Assembly: GCA_965277715.1 (NCBI GenBank) | Contig: OZ255836.1 | Span: 3,808,001 to 3,872,000 of the forward strand | DNA length: 64,000 nt | Reading direction: 5' to 3' | DNA from: Gammaproteobacteria bacterium | Lineage (GTDB): Bacteria > Pseudomonadota > Gammaproteobacteria > JBCCGL01 | Part shown: positions 40,297 through 50,509 of the stretch, one piece after another | How the letters are laid out: the number at the start of each line of letters is the position of its first letter | Position numbering within the stretch: position 1 is the first letter of the stretch | Notes under the pieces: model-generated | Seen by the model: the letters and a program-made list of their open reading frames with translations, nothing else | Databases searched by the model: none | Told to the model about the DNA's origin: nothing | Position numbers and translations under genes: made by a program

Positions 40297-40555
40297 TCAG
40301 AGTAGTACATTGAGATGTATAAACAGCGCTTCCATTAAAGATAATTGGTCAGCCCGGTAATATTTATAGAGTGCATTGGCTGTTTCTACATTAAATAAAC
40401 TTGGCACAATGATCTTGCTGGCTTGATCCAACAGTGTCAGCTAGTGGCCATGCTCCGTTGGAGAAAGGCTGATGCGGAGTGCTGCAGAGGCATCTAATAC
40501 ATAACAATTCACCGTTGCTCCCTGCTTTCCCGTACTATCGCTTCGGGCGTTGATG
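40297..40555 (-). pseudogene. Decayed antitoxin tail plus PIN-domain toxin
   Basis: TPEAIVRESREQR* overlaps (GTGA) VNCYVLDA, frameshift, SAALRI...*LTLLDQASKIIVPSLFNVETANALYKYYRA. Confidence 0.7.
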
Positions 40556-40588
40556 AAAAGTCAAAATGGCGCCCACTCGCTTTTATAG

Positions 40589-40785
40589 GTGACCAGATTG
40601 GCGGAACGCTACCCTGGGCTGACGTTTGAATATCTGTCGAGTTTGATGCGGGAAAATCGACTCCAGGAACTGGAAAAGCCCGTACCTAGAGAAGCAACAT
40701 TTAAAGCTGTTTCATTGAAAATAAAAGGGAAGCGATTCAATCGTGAAGAAGCCAATGCCCGATAGTGCTTTTGTCGGTAGAAAAT
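40589..40785 (+). pseudogene. Putative antitoxin remnant followed by the first codons of a PIN toxin
   Basis: 58-aa ORF ending FKAVSLKIKGKRFNREEANAR* (40765), overlapped by ATG 40755 MPDSAFV, which resembles a PIN start that breaks off. Confidence 0.5.
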
Positions 40786-41966
40786 CAAAGATAGCTTAAC
40801 TCCAGTGGGTACTCAGCCAGTACCTCGGCCCCGCTGCTTTTAATCCAAACAGGCTGCTCAAGCTTAACCCCTTCATGGCCACCCATTTCGCCCACATAGC
40901 ACTCCACACACACCACCATATTCTCTTCAAAAACGCCGTCATAAGCGCCCCATTCCTCATCTTCACGATACCAGATGAGCGGGTACTCGACACCCAGGCC
41001 ACAACCGTGGGCGACATCGGCATAGCGGTTGGGTAGGCAATTGTCCGGGAGTTGAAATGATTTGTCTGAGTATTCCAAAAACCCCAAACCGGGTTTTAGC
41101 AAGTCGATGTTATGTTGCATTTGTTGGTAGGCGGTGTTGTATAGCTGGCGTTGCTTATCACGCGGTTTTTTATCACCGACAACCCAACTGCGCGAGAGGT
41201 CGTTGTAAAACCCCATCGGCCCGATAAGGTCGGTATCGAAGGCCAGCATATCGCCATTTTGTATAATGCGGTCTGAGGTTTCCTGAAACCAGGGGTTGGT
41301 GCGTGGGCCGCTACTGAGTAAACGCGTTTCCGGGTACTCGCCTCCCTGCTCAATACTGGCGGCAATCATAATGGCCAGTGCGTCTGACTCGCGCATACCG
41401 GGGTGCAGTTTTTCACGCATGACAGCAATACTGGCTTCACAGGTTTGCAGTGACTGTTTTAACGCCGCGATTTCGTCCAATGATTTGATCGACCGGGCGC
41501 GCTCCATCAGCGGCTTTGCATCGATCAGTTGCAAAGCCTGTTGTTGGCAGGCAGTGACCAGCGTCAGATCGGCGCGGTCAATCGCCAGCTTTTTCCCGCC
41601 TATCCCTTTTTCTGTTAGTAGCGCGTGCATTTGCATCGCCCAGCGCTGTGCCATTTCAAACCCACGTTCACCGACGATCATATAATCACTGGAAAGCGCC
41701 GGGCGAATATCCTCAAGCATCGGCTCTGCCAGGTGTGAGGCACTGGGCATATCAAACAATACACAGTCACCACTGGCAAATACCACGGCGTAGCGCACAT
41801 AGTTGTGCATTGTCCACACCTGCATATTGCGGGTGCCCGTGGCGTAGCGAATATTAACCGGGTCGAACAATACGACGGCGGGGCAGTCGTACTCGCCTAG
41901 CCATTTTTTGATCTGCTCACTACGGTGGGTTTGAATAGAAGAGCGTGTATCGATATTGCTCAGCAT
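40785..41966 (-). CDS. M24 (Xaa-Pro peptidase fold) enzyme, DddP DMSP-lyase-like
   Basis: LFDPVNIRYATG.RNMQVW, ETRLLSSGPRTNPWFQE, AFDTDLIG..G...DLSR, HGCGL..EYP, CVECYVG, VKLEQ. Confidence 0.85.
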   Translation of the reverse strand: MLSNIDTRSSIQTHRSEQIKKWLGEYDCPAVVLFDPVNIRYATGTRNMQVWTMHNYVRYAVVFASGDCVLFDMPSASHLAEPMLEDIRPALSSDYMIVGERGFEMAQRWAMQMHALLTEKGIGGKKLAIDRADLTLVTACQQQALQLIDAKPLMERARSIKSLDEIAALKQSLQTCEASIAVMREKLHPGMRESDALAIMIAASIEQGGEYPETRLLSSGPRTNPWFQETSDRIIQNGDMLAFDTDLIGPMGFYNDLSRSWVVGDKKPRDKQRQLYNTAYQQMQHNIDLLKPGLGFLEYSDKSFQLPDNCLPNRYADVAHGCGLGVEYPLIWYREDEEWGAYDGVFEENMVVCVECYVGEMGGHEGVKLEQPVWIKSSGAEVLAEYPLELSYL

Positions 41967-42129
41967 TAAACATTCTCATTGCGATTCAGCCGGAGACGTT
42001 AGCGCCGGATGAACCCGGTTGTCAAACGGGTTATGCTACTGAATCTAACAAATTCGACATCTCTCTTTTCTTATCCGGGTATCAAGCGTAACTCAAACTC
42101 CCGGTATATTTTTCGTGTAACGCACTGCA

Positions 42130-43032
42130 TTGGGATATAAATTGAAACGCAAAGATAAAATCGATGCCTTTGGTGCTTCGATACTTGTGGCGACCTCAGC
42201 CACTTATGGTCTTAACCATGTGTTAATAAAAATTGTTAATGATGGTTTACAGCCTGTATTCCAGGCGGGGTTGCGCTCGCTGTGCGCTATTTTGCCCATT
42301 ATGTTATTTGCCTGGTTAACGCATAAAAAACTGACGGTGCGTGATGGTAGTTTCTGGCCTGGACTGTTGGCGGGGGTGTTCTTTTCCATTGAGTTTGTGT
42401 TGCTATACCAAGCACTGGACTACACCAGCGTGGCGCGTGCCGCGATCTTTTTTTACACCATGCCGTTTTGGGCGGCGATTGGTGCGCATTTTCTTATTCC
42501 TGGTGAACGGCTGACGATGGTGCGTACTGGCGGCTTATTACTCGCATTTGCCGGTGTCTTTGTGGCGTTATCCAATAACGCCGCACCGGCCACTGATAAG
42601 GCATTAATGGGTGATATCTTTTGCATCGTCGGTGCGGCATTGTGGGCCTGCGTTTTACTGCTGGCGCGTACCAGCAAACTATCACGCGCCTGCCCGGAAA
42701 TGCAGTTGCTCTATCAGTTATCAGTGTCTGCATTGGTGCTATTGGCGGTTACGCCATTGTTTGGTGAACCGGTGCGTGAATTTACCCCGCTGATTGCCGG
42801 AATATTTTTTGTGCAGGTATTTGGCGTGGTGTGCGTTGGGTTTCTCACCTGGTTCTGGATCCTATCGATTTACCCGGCGTCGGATATGGCATCGTTTGGG
42901 TTTCTTGCGCCGGTATTTGGAGTGTTGTTTGGTTGGTTGATTTTGGGTGAGGAGATCACTTATACCATTGTTACTGCACTGGTGATGGTGGGTGTGGGGA
43001 TTGTGTTGGTTAATCGCAAGCTCCGAGTATAG
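42130..43032 (+). CDS. DMT/EamA family transporter
   Basis: About 10 TM segments, FFYTMPFW, PGERL, GWLILGE. Confidence 0.9.
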   Translation: MGYKLKRKDKIDAFGASILVATSATYGLNHVLIKIVNDGLQPVFQAGLRSLCAILPIMLFAWLTHKKLTVRDGSFWPGLLAGVFFSIEFVLLYQALDYTSVARAAIFFYTMPFWAAIGAHFLIPGERLTMVRTGGLLLAFAGVFVALSNNAAPATDKALMGDIFCIVGAALWACVLLLARTSKLSRACPEMQLLYQLSVSALVLLAVTPLFGEPVREFTPLIAGIFFVQVFGVVCVGFLTWFWILSIYPASDMASFGFLAPVFGVLFGWLILGEEITYTIVTALVMVGVGIVLVNRKLRV

Positions 43033-43179
43033 CGTTATGGCCTTCTATAAGTTTATCCTCCTCTTTGTTCGTCCCGTAGGTAATTTGAATTATTTTACTG
43101 AGATAAAAGTGCATCTTTTATAGCAGATAATTTCCACTCGATTATCTGTGGTGGTTTGTTCTGATAAAGAAATATTTTT

Positions 43180-43212
43180 ATAGAGAGAACAACAATTTAA
43201 TATTCTCTCTAT
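43180..43212. terminator. Hairpin between convergent genes
   Basis: ATAGAGAGAA-N13-TTCTCTCTAT inverted repeat. Confidence 0.45.
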
Positions 43213-43257
43213 TGCAGTCGCGTAAATTTAAAAAGTGTCTTAATTTTTAGAAGCGCC

Positions 43258-46137
43258 TTAAGGTGTGTGTGTTATAGGGCGGGTCGCTTGGGTGGCGGCG
43301 TTACCAGCGGCATCCGCTACGTCGGCGGTTACCGTCGTGGCAGCAGGCAGAGCTTGAACGTTCAGTGCAGGTACAGTAACACTCCAGGCGCCATTGTTTA
43401 CCGGGCCTGTGTAGTTAACGCCATTCAAACCGACAGTTACTGTCTGTCCATTTTCTGCAGTGGAAAGACCAGAAATAACAATATCATTATCATCTTCGGT
43501 GGCATTGATGTCATCATTACCTGCAATAACAGCAATTGAAATGGTCGGGGGTGTTGTGTCGGGAAGTATATGTGTTAAAAAGCGAACTGCCTGGGTGGCG
43601 GCGTTACCAGAAACATCTGTCACATCGGCTGTTACCGTCGTGGCAGCAGGCAAAGCCTGGGCGTCGAGTGCAGGTACAGTAACGCTCCAGGCGCCATTGT
43701 TTACCGTGCCTGTGTAGTTAACGCCATTTAACCCGACAGTTACCATTCGTCCGTTTTCTGCATTGGAAGTACCAGCAATGATAATATCATTATCATCTTC
43801 GGTGGTATCAATTTCATTATTACCTGCAATAACAGCAATTGAAATGGTCGGGGGTGTTGTATCGGGAGGAGTGCCGGTAAATAGCCATGTGATAGTTTCG
43901 GTAGTGTTGTTGGGAAAGGTAACCAACAACTCTAATCTTACATTGGTTGACGTCACATTACCGAGCGTTAGGTTAAATCCGCCAGTTGGGCCATCTGCAC
44001 ACAAGTTATTGGTGTTTAATGTGATAGCTGTTAGGCTATTAGTTATATCAGCACCGGTTGAACTAAAAGCCAACGTCGTTCCAAAGGGTAAGGGATTGCC
44101 CATGTAAGCTGTGCCCACTGTAGTGGTGCAAGTATCTGTTGAAGATGGCGACGACAGTATATTGTTAGAGTTAACGCCTAAGTTACCATCAGAGAGGAAC
44201 AACCCACTAAAGGTTGTTCCAGTACCAATAGCGGTGATAGGACCTGAAGGATTAGGGAAAGTACCAAGTACAGCAGTAGTCACTCGATTGAGGGGCATGG
44301 CAATAATGATTTGTCTTCCGACAAAAATCGTTTCCGGTACACCAACCATATTAGAGCTGCATACTGCATTGGGATATCCTTCTTGCAAGCAAGGGCCATT
44401 CCAGAAATCATCTCCATTAGCGTCATAGGTTGAATTGTTATTAATATCCCTAAACGGTTCTCCTGAGTCATACGTTCTGTTTTCATTTTCATCGGCGTAC
44501 AGCTCGGGTAAATCATCAAAGACTATAGGTCTATCATCAGTTGGGTTTGTTGCATTGTCAGCGCCAGAATCTTCAAGTACACCATTACCATTGCGATCAA
44601 TAAAACGCTCGATACCGGGTGTGAACGCCAATAAAGTAACCCGATTATCCGGTGGTCTGGTACCTGAACTTCGCCATGTCGTTGAACACTGTCCATTGGT
44701 AGTAGTACAGAACGAGGGGCTAATCAGCCCGATTTCGCCCGTGATAAAGCTGATTAATGTGCCATCTGGCACCTGGTTACCAAACTGATCGGTTGCAATA
44801 ACACCTAATGTGACCGCTATTCCATCGGTGTTAAATGCTTGTGCAGGGCGGTTAGACCCTATTGATATAGAAAAATTATCAGATACAACCCGTCCTGTTG
44901 AAACGGCAATACCGATCGATGAACCCTGTAACTGAGAGGTTGGGTGGGTCGCGATAACTTGCAGTGAAGTGGCCAGGGTACCACTTTGTACAACCGTGCT
45001 GACATCGCCACTGGCATTAGATAAACCGCTCTCTCTATTGATGGCTATGCGGGCGCCGCCGGTATTGGGAGAGGTGGAGGTGAGGGTGAAATTAACCATC
45101 TGATTAATGACAGGAAGGCCGGAACTGTTTAATACCCTAAAAGTGACTGTAGAGGTTTGTGATCCATTGCCCAGTCCAGATATGCTTAACTGTGTAGGGG
45201 TTGCAGAAATAAACCTCACTTCGCCAATAGCGGAAGCCGTATGGTTTATAGTAACAGTGGCCGTTGCACCGCTTTCTCCAACTCTGGCAGTAATAATATC
45301 ATTCCCTACGCAACCATTTGCAGCGTAGTTAACCGAGGCTGTACCACTGGTTGTCGTGATGAGATTACTGTTGAGTGTTGCTGTTCCGTCAGTTAAGCAC
45401 TGCGAGGAAAATGAAACTGTCTGTGATGAAGTAATTAGGCTGTTGCTATTATTAGCATCGACCAGACTCAATGAGATAACGCTACTGCTGGTGGGTGGGT
45501 TTAAATTGGGGTTCAGGGTGGTCAGGCTGGCGGCAAGCTGACCCGACACAAAATTATTGCCTGTGCCATTGCCAATTACTGCGACAGTTGCTGCTGCAGA
45601 GACAGTGAGGGTGACAGTCGCTGTGAGTGTTGTGCCACCAGAGACTACACTGGCTGTCACGATATCGTTACCGACACAGCCAGCGGCGGTGTAGACGACC
45701 GAGGCGACACCTGTGGTTGTGGTAACGCTGGGGTTATCTAAATTTGCTGTATTGCTGGTAATACAAGGAGAACTAAAAGTAACAATTTGTGATGGTGAGG
45801 TGATAGCCACACCGTTATTATTAACTAGGTTGGCGGTAATCGTTGTACTGGCCCCAGCTGCCAAACTGGTTTGGGTTGCTGCCAGCGCGCCTGCAGTAAA
45901 GCCGGCACCTGAGCCATTACCGATTCGCAATGTGGTTGTCCCTGAGGTGGGTGTCCCTGCTACTGGGGTAGTTGATCCTGTGTTGTTATCACTGAATCCA
46001 CTCGTGCCACCGCCACCACCACCACCGCCACAAGCAGTTAGGCATAACATCAAAAAAAACAGTGCGGTGTAACGCAAAGCAGCAGTGGTATCGGTCAATA
46101 CGGTCTTCAGATTGACCTTGATTGGGTAGGTTATCAT
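43258..46137 (-). CDS. Large Ig-like-domain surface lipoprotein (invasin/Big-1-like)
   Basis: Hydrophobic signal with LTAC lipobox, poly-Gly linker, Thr/Ser-rich beta repeats, DxNxNG-type motifs, two C-terminal 101-aa repeats. Confidence 0.85.
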   Translation of the reverse strand: MITYPIKVNLKTVLTDTTAALRYTALFFLMLCLTACGGGGGGGGTSGFSDNNTGSTTPVAGTPTSGTTTLRIGNGSGAGFTAGALAATQTSLAAGASTTITANLVNNNGVAITSPSQIVTFSSPCITSNTANLDNPSVTTTTGVASVVYTAAGCVGNDIVTASVVSGGTTLTATVTLTVSAAATVAVIGNGTGNNFVSGQLAASLTTLNPNLNPPTSSSVISLSLVDANNSNSLITSSQTVSFSSQCLTDGTATLNSNLITTTSGTASVNYAANGCVGNDIITARVGESGATATVTINHTASAIGEVRFISATPTQLSISGLGNGSQTSTVTFRVLNSSGLPVINQMVNFTLTSTSPNTGGARIAINRESGLSNASGDVSTVVQSGTLATSLQVIATHPTSQLQGSSIGIAVSTGRVVSDNFSISIGSNRPAQAFNTDGIAVTLGVIATDQFGNQVPDGTLISFITGEIGLISPSFCTTTNGQCSTTWRSSGTRPPDNRVTLLAFTPGIERFIDRNGNGVLEDSGADNATNPTDDRPIVFDDLPELYADENENRTYDSGEPFRDINNNSTYDANGDDFWNGPCLQEGYPNAVCSSNMVGVPETIFVGRQIIIAMPLNRVTTAVLGTFPNPSGPITAIGTGTTFSGLFLSDGNLGVNSNNILSSPSSTDTCTTTVGTAYMGNPLPFGTTLAFSSTGADITNSLTAITLNTNNLCADGPTGGFNLTLGNVTSTNVRLELLVTFPNNTTETITWLFTGTPPDTTPPTISIAVIAGNNEIDTTEDDNDIIIAGTSNAENGRMVTVGLNGVNYTGTVNNGAWSVTVPALDAQALPAATTVTADVTDVSGNAATQAVRFLTHILPDTTPPTISIAVIAGNDDINATEDDNDIVISGLSTAENGQTVTVGLNGVNYTGPVNNGAWSVTVPALNVQALPAATTVTADVADAAGNAATQATRPITHTP
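43261..43866 (-). repeat. Tandem 303-bp intragenic duplication
   Basis: Units 43564-43866 and 43261-43563 both encode PDTTPPTISIAVIAGN..I..TEDDNDI.I.G...VTVGLNGVNYTG.VNNGAWSVTVPAL..QALPAATTVTADV.D..GNAATQA. Confidence 0.92.
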
Positions 46138-46549
46138 AGATTTATATGCCTCTATAGCGAGCGCGTTCCTGAGTTTCCGTGCAGTGTGCCAGTTTTAATA
46201 ATTAAAATGAAGTACTATTTATAGTCTATTGGTATTTATAGGTTTTTTTATATTTTTTCTAGAGTCGATGCTGGTATTTACCTATAGACCCACATGATCA
46301 GCGTTCAGTATTACATTATTAACCAAGATTACAGTGACGCATATTTATAATTCAGCCATCTACCCCATAATTTTAGCATCTCGTCAAAAAGTATTTTTTG
46401 TACGGCGTTATTTGATTAATCAACCACCAGGCGTAGAATCATTAATCAGGTGACAGTTTAGGTGATAACGCGTCGCCCAATAACTTTTTGCCTGCCAAAA
46501 CAGTGTGAGCGCTAATGCTTGACTGCCAAGTGCGCTTACGGATTGTTCT

Positions 46550-47755
46550 TTGTTAACCAAATCAGTAAAACCGTTATCAAGGGTTGAGTTCGTTACCTTG
46601 ATGGCGTTTATGACTTCATTTGTCGCACTATCCATCGACGCTATGCTGCCAGCATTGGCGGTAATTGGCGATGACCTCGGCGCACAGCAGGAGAATGACC
46701 GTCAATTGGTGCTTGGTGTATTGTTTCTGGGGATGGCGTTTGGGCAGTTTATCTGTGGGCCGATCTCCGATAGCGCTGGCCGCAAGCCGGTTGTTCTGGT
46801 GGGTGTGAGTGTCTTCGCTGTCGGTTGCTTAGTCAGTGCTTTTGCTGAGAGTTTTCCGGTTATGCTGATTGGGCGCTTTCTACAGGGTGTGGGAGCGGCG
46901 GCGCCGCGCAATGTTACGGTGGCGATGATCCGCGATTGCTACCAGGGCAATGCGATGGCACAAATCATGTCATTGATTATGGCGGTGTTTATTTTTGTCC
47001 CTATGGTGGCTCCTGCGCTCGGGCAGGGCATTTTGTGGCTGGCGGATTGGCGGGCCATCTTTTGGGTGTTACTGCTGTTGGCCGTTGGGGTACAGCTCTG
47101 GTTTTCATTGCGCCAACCGGAAACATTGTTGCCTGAAAAGCGCAGCACATTTTCTCTACAGCAGTTGTGGTGGGCGTTTCGTCAGGTGTGCTGCAACCGT
47201 ACAGCGATTGCTTATACGCTGGCGGCAAGCCTGGTGTTTGCGGCGTTTCTGGGCTATTTGATCTCGGCGCAGCAAATTTTGCAGGAGCAGTATCAGCTCG
47301 GTGATCAGTTTGCGCTTTATTTTGCATTAATTGCAGCATCACTTGGGTTGGCTTCATACGTTAACTCAAGGTGGGTGATGCGTTACGGGATGCAGTACTT
47401 AACCGTGCAGGCGTTAAAACTGCTCAGCGCGGTATCGTTGGTGTTTCTGTTTGTCGCCTATGGGTTTGATGGCCACCCCCCGTTTTGGTCACTGATTGTG
47501 TATTTTCTGATCGGCTTTTTCCCTATCGGCATTTTATTTGGCAATTTGAACGCACTGGCGATGGAACCGCTTGGCCATATCGCCGGTATGGCGGCGGCTG
47601 TTATCGGCTCGATTTCTACTTTTTTATCACTGCTGTTGGGCACACCGATAGGGCAGGCTTACAATGGTACGGTGATACCGATGGTGGCTGGCTTCGCGGT
47701 GTTGTGCTCATTGGCGATGGGGGTTTGTTTGTGGGTACAAAAAGCGCCTGATTGA
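46550..47755 (+). CDS. Bcr/CflA family MFS multidrug efflux transporter
   Basis: ALSIDAMLPAL, GPISDSAGRKPV, RFLQG, WRAIF, PETL. Confidence 0.92.
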   Translation: MLTKSVKPLSRVEFVTLMAFMTSFVALSIDAMLPALAVIGDDLGAQQENDRQLVLGVLFLGMAFGQFICGPISDSAGRKPVVLVGVSVFAVGCLVSAFAESFPVMLIGRFLQGVGAAAPRNVTVAMIRDCYQGNAMAQIMSLIMAVFIFVPMVAPALGQGILWLADWRAIFWVLLLLAVGVQLWFSLRQPETLLPEKRSTFSLQQLWWAFRQVCCNRTAIAYTLAASLVFAAFLGYLISAQQILQEQYQLGDQFALYFALIAASLGLASYVNSRWVMRYGMQYLTVQALKLLSAVSLVFLFVAYGFDGHPPFWSLIVYFLIGFFPIGILFGNLNALAMEPLGHIAGMAAAVIGSISTFLSLLLGTPIGQAYNGTVIPMVAGFAVLCSLAMGVCLWVQKAPD

Positions 47756-47785
47756 GAACACCCCTCTAGGTTTTTGGGAGTATTT

Positions 47786-48793
47786 ATGAGTAATAACGAT
47801 AGTTACGATTACCAAAAAAACCAGGATGCGTTTATGAACGCCCTGTATTGGTATGGTATTCCCACTTTATTTCGCGCCCCACACAATCCTGACCCGCGTG
47901 AATGTGATATTGCTTTGGTGGGGGTTCCGCACAGCACTGGCAATGGCACTACCGAGCGCGATCAACACCTGGGGCCGCGTGCGGTGCGCGATGTCTCGGC
48001 AAATGGTCGGCGCGTGCATATGAAATTCGAGCTGGACCCGTGGAACACCTGTCGTATTAATGATTTGGGCGATGTGCCGCTGACCCATGCCAACGACAAT
48101 GAAAAATCCATCGAGCATATTACCGAGTACTACCGGCATATCGATGCGGCGGGCGCCAGGCCGGTGTCTGTCGGTGGTGATCACTCGGTGACTGGCGGTA
48201 TTTTGCAGGCGCTCGGCGGGCCGACGTCGACCCTTACCCAGGGTGAAAAAGCCTGTATTTTGCATTTCGATGCACACACTGATTGCTTTAGTAATATGAA
48301 GCATTTTCTCGGTGCGAAAAAATCTGCCGCCCACTGGGCCTCGTATCTGGTGCGTGATGGCCATGTCGATGCGCACCACAGTGTACAAATCGGTATTCGC
48401 GGCAATGCGCGCACGTTGGACTGGTTAAAGCCCAGCTATGAGCATGGTTACGAAGTGATTACGATGGATCGCTACAATGAAATTGGCGCGCAAAAAAGTA
48501 TCGATATTATTCAAAACCGCATCGGTGGCCGGCCTTTATATATCACCTTCGATCTGGATTGCCTCGACCCATCAGTGGCGCCGGGGGTGTCTAATATTGA
48601 GGCCGGTTGTAATGGTTTTATGGTCGATCAGGTGATGCAGTTGTTGCAGTGCGTGCGCGGTTGTAATGTTATTGGTGGGGATGTGGTGTGTTTGATTCCG
48701 ACTAAAGACAGTCCGAATAAAATTACTTCAATGGTGGCGATGGCGGTTATGTTTGAAATTATCAGTTTGATTGCTGATGGGAAAAGTCGGTAG
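47786..48793 (+). CDS. Ureohydrolase (agmatinase/arginase family)
   Basis: GPRAVR, DLGDV, GGDHS, HFDAHTD, TFDLDCLDP..APG; start re-set. Confidence 0.92.
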   Translation: MSNNDSYDYQKNQDAFMNALYWYGIPTLFRAPHNPDPRECDIALVGVPHSTGNGTTERDQHLGPRAVRDVSANGRRVHMKFELDPWNTCRINDLGDVPLTHANDNEKSIEHITEYYRHIDAAGARPVSVGGDHSVTGGILQALGGPTSTLTQGEKACILHFDAHTDCFSNMKHFLGAKKSAAHWASYLVRDGHVDAHHSVQIGIRGNARTLDWLKPSYEHGYEVITMDRYNEIGAQKSIDIIQNRIGGRPLYITFDLDCLDPSVAPGVSNIEAGCNGFMVDQVMQLLQCVRGCNVIGGDVVCLIPTKDSPNKITSMVAMAVMFEIISLIADGKSR

Positions 48794-48801
48794 TTTGCTG
48801 T

Positions 48802-48842
48802 GCTGTCAAATCTGCGTTTGCTTAGGCGTGGTGTTTGACAGC
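48802..48842. terminator. Inverted repeat between convergent genes
   Basis: GCTGTCAAA...TTTGACAGC. Confidence 0.4.
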
Positions 48843-48888
48843 GAAGCCATAAAACCAAGTGTGACTGCTTTTTCTCATAAAGAGGGAG

Positions 48889-50370
48889 TTATATGGTTTC
48901 ACTCGCGGTGTTTTGGTGTTTTTCTTTCATCGACCGGCCAATGCGCAGTACACTCGCCACCAAGCCTTCTATATGTTCGGCCCGCGTGGCGTGGTTAATA
49001 ATGCAAACCCGCAAAACCGGCCTGCCATTTACCTGTGTGGCGGACATTAAGTAATCGCCCTCTAGCTGGATTTGGTCACGAATGCCGGTATTGATGGCGT
49101 CGATGCGTGCGTCACTCAAGCCTGGCGTAGTAAAGCGATAACACAGAATTGATAGCTGCGGTGCGGTGATCAGTTCAAGGTTATCTTCCCGCCGGATAAG
49201 ATCCGCCAAGTAGTCAGCGCATTGCACGTTGTGCAGGGCGTTGCGCCCCAGGCGCTCAATGCCGTAATGCCGTAATGCCAGGTAAAAAGGCAGGGCGCGA
49301 AAACGCCGGGATAATTCCGGACTGATATGGAAAAACATGTATTGCTCAGGAGAAGTGTCGCCACCCGCCTGTAGATAGTCCGGGTTGTCATAAAACAGTG
49401 TGCGTGCGGCGTTGGCATCGCGGTATAGCAGTACACTGCCATCCAGCGATTGAAAAAACCACTTGTGCAAATCCATCACCACCGAATCGGCGTGCTCGAT
49501 GCCCTTATAACGTGATCGTAGCGTCTGGGATAACAACCCCCCGCCACCGTAAGCGGCGTCTACATGCAGCCATACGCCGTGTTCTTTGCACAGTGTGGCG
49601 ATGCTGTCGAGTGGATCGATAGCACCGGTATTGGTCGTGCCCGCACTGGCGACAACGCAAACCACATTCGCGTGCTGTGCCAAGGCTTCAGCCAGTTTAT
49701 CGGGCTGCATACAAAACTGCGCATCGGTCGCCACGGCAATCACGTTATCTGTACCGATACCCAGCATCGCCGCTGCACGTCGAATCGAAAAGTGGGCCGC
49801 CTGTGAGCAGATCACCACCGGTGAAGACGGCTGGCTAAATGCCTGCAAGCCTTTTTGACGATAAGCAACGCCAAACTTTTTTGCCAGGGCGCTGGCGATG
49901 CCTGTGGTATTCCCCAGCGAACCACCACTGAGTAAAACCCCTTCCGCCTCTGCGGGAAAACCGGCTAAATCGGCCAGCCAGCCAATCACCGTTCGCTCAA
50001 TCGTCGTGCCAACCGGGGATGACCAATAACCGCCCACATTTTCGTTGAGCGCCGCAACCATCGCGTGGGCCAGCGGGTCGGTGGGCATGCCTGAGGGTGC
50101 CACCCAGCCGAAAAAACCGGGGTGAGTATTACGGCGCGGGCATTGATTGTTGGCATGTGTAATCTGCGCCACGAGGTCATCGAGTGTATCGCCACCCTGT
50201 GGGTAGCGGGTATCCACCAGCGCCGCGACATCAACGGCGCGGGAAGGGCGGAGAATCGGCGACAGTGCACGTTGTGCCAACAGCGGCGACAACGCGGTAT
50301 TGAGGTCGATATCGGCGGTGTGGGTCAAATCGTCGGCGGGGTCGAGGTGGGGGCGGGGTGGGCTTGTCAT
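48889..50370 (-). CDS. Group II PLP-dependent amino-acid decarboxylase
   Basis: SGGSLGN, AHFSI, AGTTNTGAIDPL, WLHVDAAYGG, DLHKW (PLP lysine), LRVCIINH. Confidence 0.93.
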   Translation of the reverse strand: MTSPPRPHLDPADDLTHTADIDLNTALSPLLAQRALSPILRPSRAVDVAALVDTRYPQGGDTLDDLVAQITHANNQCPRRNTHPGFFGWVAPSGMPTDPLAHAMVAALNENVGGYWSSPVGTTIERTVIGWLADLAGFPAEAEGVLLSGGSLGNTTGIASALAKKFGVAYRQKGLQAFSQPSSPVVICSQAAHFSIRRAAAMLGIGTDNVIAVATDAQFCMQPDKLAEALAQHANVVCVVASAGTTNTGAIDPLDSIATLCKEHGVWLHVDAAYGGGGLLSQTLRSRYKGIEHADSVVMDLHKWFFQSLDGSVLLYRDANAARTLFYDNPDYLQAGGDTSPEQYMFFHISPELSRRFRALPFYLALRHYGIERLGRNALHNVQCADYLADLIRREDNLELITAPQLSILCYRFTTPGLSDARIDAINTGIRDQIQLEGDYLMSATQVNGRPVLRVCIINHATRAEHIEGLVASVLRIGRSMKEKHQNTASETI

Positions 50371-50509
50371 TGGCGTTATCTTCTGGTTTTCTATGGGCGT
50401 GGTTTGAGTGCATCATTGTAATCGATCAATTTCATTGAAAACAGCTTCACTGAAGGTTGGCATTGGCCACGCCGCTCTCCATTCACCTCTTATTCGGGAT
50501 AGAAAACTG

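Noticed and set aside
41975-42125. Hairpins upstream of the EamA gene as a guanidine-II riboswitch
   Set aside because: Lacks two tandem ACGR-loop hairpins
43267-46072. Many plus-strand ORFs of 60-120 aa
   Set aside because: Antisense shadows of the Thr/Ser/Asn-rich lipoprotein gene
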